Program-made: the position numbers and the translations under genes
Source of the DNA: Oscillospiraceae bacterium
GTDB lineage: Bacteria > Bacillota > Clostridia > Oscillospirales > Ruminococcaceae
Length of the DNA: 64,000 nucleotides
Reading direction: 5' to 3'
NCBI GenBank assembly: GCA_021201135.1
Contig: JAJQGT010000009.1
Location: 48,715 to 112,714, forward strand
Shown here: positions 27,334-34,900 of the stretch, in pieces
Layout of the letters: every line of letters starts with the position of its first letter
Numbering within the stretch: the stretch's first letter is position 1
Notes under the pieces: generated by a model
Seen by the model: only the letters and a program-made list of their open reading frames with translations
Database searches by the model: none
Told to the model about the DNA's origin: nothing

Positions 27334-30300
27334 TCAGATGTTCCACCTCCACTTGCACTTTCGCCTTTGTTTTCTATACAAAAGGTACCCGCCACTGCAC
27401 ATGAGCAGTAAGCCGACCGTTGTATACAGTTTAGTCCCCCGCCCGCCGGTCTGGGGCATCTCGGGTCCGCCGGTTACCACCTCGGCGTAGGTGTTGGTGA
27501 AGGTGATGGTGAGGGAGGAGCCACTGGTAGGTGTAAACTCATATTCACCAATGGCGTTGTTCGCAGAAGACACTCCGCCAACCGTGACCGTCAGATTATA
27601 GTTATCAAGGTAAGTTCCGGTATAGTTGACCGATTCGCTTATCGTGTAGGTTTCCCCTGCTGTAAGCCCGATTGTATATGTCGAAGCAACACCGGTTTCA
27701 CCAACGTTGACTTTGAGCGTCTCGACCGTATTACCGTTGCTGTCCTTGATTGTGAAGGTTACTGTGTAGGTTTCGCCGTCAAGCAAATCGTCAAGCTGGC
27801 TTTCAGTCAAGCCTCCGATTTCCTTGACAACCGTCACAACAGGCGTGCTCAGGTAAACGCTCAGATACATTGTGCCTGAATTTATTCGTATACCTGTGGT
27901 GGTGTATTCGTCGAACATGCTTGTATAAGAACCTGTCACTGTTCCACCAGACATGTAATCCATCGGGTTCTTACCGCCGCTCGCCGTTCCCGTTACGCTT
28001 CCGACCAAGCCGTAGCCTGCGGCTGTGTAGGTGCTGATGTTGGCATAGACGTTCGTATAAGGATAAGCAGTATCAGTTTCAGTTTTCACCAGAGTATATG
28101 TACCGGAGTTCTGTTGTCTTGTCCAGTACTCGATAACGTAGGTGATGTCCTGCGAGAAGGTTGCATAGTCAATCAAGTTGCCGACAGTGTTATTCTCTGT
28201 CTGTTGGGCGGTGTCGTAACCACTCGTCTTGGATACGAAGAAGAATCTCGTAACATACTGTTCATCCGGTACGGTGTAGGTTCCGGAATTATATGTCCAC
28301 TCGCCCGTCTGATAGCCATTTGTTGACGATACAGTCCAGATGGTCGCTGTAACAGTATCGCCCTCGTAATCGCCATCTGCCAACTTATAAGTGCCTGAGC
28401 CATCTGTGTTGTTGCCCAGGATACTTTCGATCATTGTTGTGAGTGTTTCCTGCTGGGCATCCTGGCTTATGCCTGCCAGAAGCTTTTCTGCATCTTCGGT
28501 TGACATGATAACGACATACATCTCATCCGTGATATTAGTTCCCTGCCAGCTACCGCCATCGGCAGTTCTCGCTCTGTGGTAGAACGCCCAGTTCAGGGAT
28601 TCGCCACCTATTGTAAGAACGTCCTGATACAAAGCTCCGGCAGAGTTGGCGTTCAGTTCTGCAAAATGGTCTCCGGCAGCAGCCTGGCTTCCTCCGGCAT
28701 AGATGCCGTTTGTGCCGTAATAGTAATCAGGGTCTGTATATGCTCCTATTTCTATCGCGCCGTCCTCAGTAGTTGTTCCCCAGAATGGAACATCAGTTGA
28801 GCTATTGCTATATTCAAAACTACAATTCAGAAGCTCTGCCGCATATGGGACATGCTTGACAGCGCTTGTATAAGTTGTATTGGTTTCACTGTCGTAAACT
28901 TCTACATAGTAATAACACAGACCGCCTTGGTCGATAGCTACGTTTACGGTGGAGTTATTGTCACCCAGAGCATCGGAGTTAGTAACCTCACTGTAATTTT
29001 CATTGTTTGTGCAGGTACTCAGGTCGGCGCTCAGTGTGTAATCCGATTTATACCAAGTAACGGTATATCTTGAATCGGTCAGGTCGACCGCCACGTTGTC
29101 GATAACCAGATGTGCCTCATATTCGCCGTCCGTAACCAGGTTATCAATAATGGTGAGACCGTCTGTATTTACAACTACGCAAAGTGTTTGCCACTCGTTG
29201 TCTCCGCTATCACTCCACGGACCGAAATAAGAATTACCGTTGTATCTGTTTACAGCCATGCCATCGGACGACGTAAGTCTGACTTTTCCGCCACTTGCAG
29301 ATACAGTAATCGCTTGCCTAGTAGAGCTGACTGTAACTGCAGATGAAGATATATTCAGGTATTTACCGTTGCCATCGCTGATGTAGTAAACGCCATCTGT
29401 GCCGGTGGATTCAAATGTCCATACAGTAACGCCATCGCCTTCAACATAGGTAGTATCATCCTCTGTATATGTGGTAACCGAAACGCCTTGAAGATGTGAA
29501 TTGTCATACTCAGTAGATGTCAGTGCATATTTACTTGTCAAGTTTACAATAGCGTAACTCTTGCCGTCAAGGTCAGTAAGCAAAACTTCGCCTTCGCCTG
29601 CGGTTGCTTCAGTGAGCGTGTATAAAACCAGATAGTCGCCGGTATCAGTTCCCGTGTGACTATATCCCTTGAAAGGATTATTAGCATTATCGCCACCGTA
29701 GTTATTTATGTAATATGTGTCCCTATCCGGTCTTGCTGAGATTGTAATTACACCGGTATCTATGTATGTGACAGTAAACACGGTTGCGTTGTTTGTGCCA
29801 GTCACAAGGCTCAGATTACCGTTGTTATTCATTCTCAGGTAATACCCACCGGAAGAGATGTAATAACCATTTCCCGATTTAGTAAAAGTCCATTCCGAAA
29901 GCGTTGATGAATCGGTGCTCGAAACTTCGGCTTTCAACATACCGTTGTTGCTTTCCGTTGCCATCATTGCGTACGTTCCGGTATAGCTTATGATTATGTA
30001 GCTGTTCCCATCCAATTCGTCCGTGCTGGTTATTGTTGACCGGGTTAATTCACCAGAGCCAACCACCGTCACAACCGCGAATACCGAGAAGCCCTCGGTC
30101 TGGAAAGTCAGGATTTCTTGGTCGTTGGAAGTACCGCTCACAAGTGAGACGGTATCAAGCACAACAGGCTCGGTGCCGATTTCTTCATAGTGAAGAACGG
30201 AAACCGACGAGCTTTCTTGCGAAAGTGTTGTTTCTTTAAAGGTAAGGGTAACTATTGCAGAATTGCTGACGGAGATATACTCCCCACCGTCCTCATAAGC

Positions 30301-31521
30301 GGCATAGAAGCTGATATCATAGAAATGAACTTCGTCAATTTTGCCGTCGACTGCGGATTCAGCTTGTTCCGTCAAGGTTTCATAATCGTCATCCTCATCG
30401 CTGAGCTCTGTGACTACAAGCACAGCATTTTCCGGAACACTGCTGTCCGAAGGAAGAATAACATTTACCGAAATATTGTCGTCCTCATAGCTGTATGTGC
30501 GGATATATGAAGCGACTTCCCACACTTCCTCGGTTTCTTCCTCAGCCTCTTCGATAACTTCGATTATTTCAGTCTCTTCCGTTTCTTTGACTTCTTCGGT
30601 CTCCTCTTCGGTTTCGTCTATTTCTATCTCTTCGGATTCTTCTGTTTCTTCAATTTCTTCGTCTGTTTCTTCTGCTTCCGCATCTTCCGTCTCTTCTTCT
30701 GCTTCTTCCGAAACGGCGATGATGCCGTAGCCGGAGATGGTGGGGTCGTTGAGAGCATAGATATGTTCACATACGGTGTCGACTTCGGAGACGGTGTAGT
30801 CGCCCTCGATGATGGTCACAACTCCCCCGCTGATGTCGGTGGAAGCGACAATTCCGACGCGGTCGATTCTTCCGTCATAGTCCGAGTCGAAGAAGACGAT
30901 GTCTCCGGCAAGCGGAGTGTAAGCAGAAGCCTCGGCGTAGGAACCGATTTCCGAGAGCTCAACAGCCCACGAATAGGCTCCGGAATTGAGCGGGAAGGCG
31001 GTTCTGTCGATGCCGGCATAATTCAGGCAGAAGGAGACGAACATCGCGTCCCAAGTGCCGTATTCGTTGCCGTACCACGCGCCGTAGCGGGTGTAGCCAT
31101 AGCGGGTTACGCCGTCTTCTCCGGGCGAGAAATTGGCGGTGGATTCTGTGTAGCCGAGCTGACTGTAGGCGATGTTCACGACGTCCGTCCGCAAATCTCC
31201 TGTAAGCTCGGGGAGAGTCGCCTTCCAGACGGTGGCGTCCTCAACGTCGGCATTGAGATTTATCAGGCAGTCGACCGTGTGGGAGTGCTCTTCGAGCTCA
31301 CAAATGAGGTTGCCCTCCTCGTCGTAGCACTCTTCGGTGTGGACATGCTCCTCATAGCCGCAGAAGGTCTCGTTCGACATGGTGATGCCGGTGTAGCGGA
31401 GCTGCCAATAGACGATGAGAGAGACGATTACGGCTAAAAAAAGCAAAACAGAACCAAGCACCAATCGTTCGCGACGATTTTGCCTGAATCTGTCTATATA
31501 GGTCAATAAGGTACTTTTCAT
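27334..31521 (-). CDS. Large (~1395 aa) sortase-anchored surface protein: N-terminal TM/signal anchor, duplicated Cys/His knuckle, CHAP/NlpC-P60-like domain, Glu/Thr-rich linker, long beta-rich region, MPQTG sorting signal
   Basis: CGYEEHVHTEECY...CELEEHSHTVDC. NIAYSQLGY...WDAMFVSFCLNYAGI...GDIVFFDSDYDGRIDRVGIV. C-terminus is PEMPQTGG, a hydrophobic segment, then RKQRRK. The start is the ATG at 31521 or the TTG at 31548. Confidence 0.8.
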   Translation of the reverse strand: MKSTLLTYIDRFRQNRRERLVLGSVLLFLAVIVSLIVYWQLRYTGITMSNETFCGYEEHVHTEECYDEEGNLICELEEHSHTVDCLINLNADVEDATVWKATLPELTGDLRTDVVNIAYSQLGYTESTANFSPGEDGVTRYGYTRYGAWYGNEYGTWDAMFVSFCLNYAGIDRTAFPLNSGAYSWAVELSEIGSYAEASAYTPLAGDIVFFDSDYDGRIDRVGIVASTDISGGVVTIIEGDYTVSEVDTVCEHIYALNDPTISGYGIIAVSEEAEEETEDAEAEETDEEIEETEESEEIEIDETEEETEEVKETEETEIIEVIEEAEEETEEVWEVASYIRTYSYEDDNISVNVILPSDSSVPENAVLVVTELSDEDDDYETLTEQAESAVDGKIDEVHFYDISFYAAYEDGGEYISVSNSAIVTLTFKETTLSQESSSVSVLHYEEIGTEPVVLDTVSLVSGTSNDQEILTFQTEGFSVFAVVTVVGSGELTRSTITSTDELDGNSYIIISYTGTYAMMATESNNGMLKAEVSSTDSSTLSEWTFTKSGNGYYISSGGYYLRMNNNGNLSLVTGTNNATVFTVTYIDTGVITISARPDRDTYYINNYGGDNANNPFKGYSHTGTDTGDYLVLYTLTEATAGEGEVLLTDLDGKSYAIVNLTSKYALTSTEYDNSHLQGVSVTTYTEDDTTYVEGDGVTVWTFESTGTDGVYYISDGNGKYLNISSSAVTVSSTRQAITVSASGGKVRLTSSDGMAVNRYNGNSYFGPWSDSGDNEWQTLCVVVNTDGLTIIDNLVTDGEYEAHLVIDNVAVDLTDSRYTVTWYKSDYTLSADLSTCTNNENYSEVTNSDALGDNNSTVNVAIDQGGLCYYYVEVYDSETNTTYTSAVKHVPYAAELLNCSFEYSNSSTDVPFWGTTTEDGAIEIGAYTDPDYYYGTNGIYAGGSQAAAGDHFAELNANSAGALYQDVLTIGGESLNWAFYHRARTADGGSWQGTNITDEMYVVIMSTEDAEKLLAGISQDAQQETLTTMIESILGNNTDGSGTYKLADGDYEGDTVTATIWTVSSTNGYQTGEWTYNSGTYTVPDEQYVTRFFFVSKTSGYDTAQQTENNTVGNLIDYATFSQDITYVIEYWTRQQNSGTYTLVKTETDTAYPYTNVYANISTYTAAGYGLVGSVTGTASGGKNPMDYMSGGTVTGSYTSMFDEYTTTGIRINSGTMYLSVYLSTPVVTVVKEIGGLTESQLDDLLDGETYTVTFTIKDSNGNTVETLKVNVGETGVASTYTIGLTAGETYTISESVNYTGTYLDNYNLTVTVGGVSSANNAIGEYEFTPTSGSSLTITFTNTYAEVVTGGPEMPQTGGRGTKLYTTVGLLLMCSGGYLLYRKQRRKCKWRWNI

Positions 31522-31597
31522 GCTAACCGACCCCGCAAACTCCCCCAATGTTGATTACGACTGATTTATGGAACCGGATCTCCATGCGGAAATCTTT

Positions 31598-31636
31598 TTG
31601 CAAATAAGCAAAATGCCTCCCACGGAAATGGGAGGC
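31598..31636 (-). terminator. Intrinsic terminator inside the 5' leader of the pilus operon (attenuator candidate)
   Basis: Minus strand reads GCCTCCCA-TTTCCG-TGGGAGGC followed by ATTTTGCTTATTTG. It lies about 135 nt downstream of the predicted promoter and about 75 nt upstream of the start codon. Confidence 0.6.
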
Positions 31637-31730
31637 AAAGGCTCAGAACTCGGAAGCATGATATATTTACATAATATAAATATAGCACAAGCGAGCAGTT
31701 TTCGGCAACAATTCCGTGCCGGAGGCACTA

Positions 31731-31737
31731 CCCCCCC
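31731..31737 (-). repeat. G7 homopolymer in the pilus-operon leader
   Basis: Plus strand reads cactaCCCCCCCacgc. It lies about 35-40 nt downstream of the predicted transcription start. Confidence 0.95.
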
Positions 31738-31779
31738 ACGCTATTTATAGTATATCAAAATACGACTTTATGTATGTAC

Positions 31780-31809
31780 AGTTTAACATTTTCGCTCCGA
31801 GTTTGTCAA
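31780..31809 (-). promoter_or_regulatory. Promoter of the pilus operon
   Basis: Minus strand reads TTGACA, 18 nt, TAAACT, with an extended -10 (TGt). Confidence 0.5.
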
Positions 31810-31988
31810 CAGCTATTTCTGAATTGTCTTAAATTTTGTACGTTATCACAATTTTGTTGTCACAAGCCGTGCGATTTTGTTCAAAACAAGGGGTGTTAGA
31901 AAGATAATTATGCCCTATAAAGCATATGACAACCCCTGCCAGGGACAATCATCCCAGACAGGGGCTCTGTTACTATGCTTTCGGCATG

Positions 31989-34900
31989 TTATCTTCTCTT
32001 TGCCGAGGCAACAGCAAGTGCAGCTATCACCATCGGAAGAATCGACAGCGCAATTCCCGTTTTCGGATTGCTTTCCGTCTCAGAAGCTTCTGTGGCTTTC
32101 CCATCCTCTTCCTCGTCGGTATTCGTCGCCTCTACGGGTTCCTCGATTTCTACCACAGGCATGTAGGTGTTGGTTATCGTGAACGAGCCGTTCCCGCCGG
32201 TGACCGTCGCCGTGTATTCTGCCGGGACATCCAACTCTACAACTGTATAATTGTAAGCCGCCGTTCCGCAGTAGACGGGAAGATGCGTGAAGCTTGCGGT
32301 CCAGTTGTTGGCTTCCGAAAGGGTTATCGTCCTGCCGGTTGCTACACCGTCCCGATAGAGCGCAACGGTTATGCTCGCGGGTCTGAGCCCGTCGGCATTG
32401 TTGTCGTCATTCCAGACCTTCGTTACCTCAATACCGGTATAAACCTGCGAAGGCTCAACATGCGGAGTGTGGGAGTTGGTTACGGTAAATCCGTTTTCGG
32501 CATCGCCGGTAATGGCGCTTGTGTAGCCATCAACCTTCACTTCTTCGAGTGTATACTCAATTTCCGCGCCTTCGTTCCAATATACGGGAAGGTCAGTAAA
32601 TGTGTACTCCCAGTTGTTGTCCTTGGTGAGCTCGGCGGTGTAAGTGTTGCCATCCGAGCCGGTCAAGGTGACGGTGATGCTGTCGGGGCGTACTCCGTCG
32701 TAATCTCCCGCATCGCTCCAGACCTTGGTAACAGAGACTTCGGTCTTATAAGGAGTATGAGAATTGGTTATCTCAAAGCCGGTTGCGGCATCTCCGATAG
32801 GGTCGCTCGCCGTGTATCCGCTCGGGACACCGGTCTCTTCAACGGTATATGAAACCTCATACTGCGTTCCGTTGACTGTCTCATATGTCGGAAGCTCTTT
32901 CCATGTATAGGTCAGGGTATTCGCAGGAAGAGTCTGCGAATCAACCTCAGTCTCAACACCGTTCACTGTCTTGTAAAGAGTTACGGTGTAATCTTCGCGC
33001 AAACCGTCCCGATTATCCTCATCATCCCAGACCTTATTAACGGTGACTTCGGTAGTTATCTGAGTATTCGTGAAGTTATAGACATCTTGCTTCGATGTAT
33101 AACCGCTTACCGTCGCTTCCTTCACAGTATACACATACGCATGACCGTCGGTCAGGTCGTACTTATCCAATCCGGTGAACTCGTATGTAGTTGTGCCGTC
33201 AGAAAGCGTGACGTCATCAATCTTCGTGCCATCCCGATACAGTTCAATCGTAATGTCAGGGTGAGTCGTCCCGGTCGGGTCTACCCATGTTTTTGTGCCG
33301 CTAACGGAGATAGTATCTTGTGCAATGGTATTGGTGAAATCATAGCCGCTCTGTTCCGATGTGTAACCACTTACCGCCGCTTCCTCCACGATGTACTCGT
33401 ACGCATGACCATCGGTCAGGTCGTACTTATCCAAGCCGGTGAATTCGTATGTGGTGGTGCCATCGGAAAGAGTTGTGCTCATGAGGTACGCACCGTCCCG
33501 ATACAACTCAATCGTGATGTCGGGGTGAGTCGTGCCGGCAGGGTCTACCCATGTCTTTGTGCCACTGACAGAGATGGTAACTTGTGCAATGGTGTTTGTG
33601 AAATTGTTGCCGCTCTGTTCCGACGTGTAACCGCTGACCTCCGCTTCCTTCACAGTATACACATACGCATGACCATCAGTCAGGTCGTACTTGTCAAGAC
33701 CTGTGAACTCGTATGTTGTTGTTCCGTTGGAAAGCGTGACATCGTCAATCTTTGTGCCGTCCTGATATAGCTCAATCGTGATGTCGGGATGGGTTGTACC
33801 GGTCGGGTCTACCCATGTCTTGGCGCCAGTTATGACAACTTCATCCTGCTTGATGGTATTGGTGAAGTCATAACCTGTTGAAGTTTGCTCAGGTGTCGAC
33901 GTATAACCGCTAACCTCTGTCTCCTCGACTTTGTATGTGTAAGTCTTACCGGTTGAAAGGTCATACTTATCAAGATTGCTGTAGGTGTAGGTGTTGCCAC
34001 TCCACGATACGGTTGCGCTGACTTTGTCCCAGTCGCTGTCGGTGGGATTATCTGCGGTTGTTCTGTACAGGGTCAGAGTAATCTCGGTGGCATTATCATG
34101 CGTAAGACCGCCGTCGACCCATGTCTTGGCGCCACTGACGGAGATGGTGACCAGCGGTGGCTCATAGGTGTTGGTGATAGTATAACCATTATCGGCATCG
34201 CCGGTGATGTCACTTCTATAGCTGTTGACGGTGACCTCTTTGACGCCGTAAGCTATCGGGTCGCCGTTTTCATCATTTACGGGAAGGCTCTTGAAGCTAC
34301 CTGTCCAGTTGTTACCGGCGTTCAACGTGATTGCCTGGGTAGAATCGGAACCGTTCTTGGTAAGAACCACGGTAATTTCACTCGGACGGGCGCTGAGATT
34401 ATTGTCGTCACTGACCCAAGCCTTGGTAACTTTGACTTCGGTTGTCTTGAAACTATAGCTATTGATTATGGTATAGTTATTCGAAGAATTGCCTTCACCA
34501 CTGCTTGTGTATATCGAAGAAACGCCTTCTTCTTCGACAGTATAAACTATCTTATTACCGTTAGTATCATACACATCAAGATTGGTGAATGTATAACTCC
34601 ATGTGTTGTCGGCAGTCTCATTCGCATCGGTCAGGTCAACACTCGCAATCTTACTGCCGCCTGCAAGAAGGTTTATGGTGATTGAAGTACGGGTTTTATC
34701 CCTGTTTCCACCATCATCCCAAACCTTGTAAACCGTGATTGATGTCTTGGCAACATTGGTCACTGAGACGGTGTTGGAACTATTGCCATTCACAACGCCA
34801 TCAACAATTGTGATCGTTACGTCTGATGCCGCTGTGTAGCCGTCGGGTACATCCGTCTCGGACAAGGTGTATGTGCCGTTGTATTCAAGACCTGTGAACT

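Noticed and set aside
27258-27395. Upstream extensions of the pilin ORF. The same applies to sortase (25541-25645), metE (53198-53308), metF, eno, ATP-grasp (44618-44869), ANT(6) and the SPFH gene.
   Set aside because: In each case an internal ATG is preceded by a clear Shine-Dalgarno sequence and begins the recognisable signal peptide or conserved N-terminus. The extensions overlap neighbouring genes or leaders.
30520-30725. Periodic-looking TTC/CTC-rich DNA that could be mistaken for a tandem-repeat or spacer array
   Set aside because: It is the coding sequence of the Glu/Thr-rich acidic linker of the CHAP surface protein. It has no repeat-spacer architecture, and no CRISPR array exists in the window.
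25551-31636. Similar hairpins (shared 13-mer TTCCGTGGGAGGC in inverted orientation) at 25551-25574 and 31615-31636, flanking the tip and pilin genes; possible invertible segment
   Set aside because: A 13-nt match is expected by chance many times in 64 kb. Both elements are self-complementary terminator-type hairpins, and no invertase gene is nearby. Inversion would also separate the genes from their promoter without providing an alternative one.
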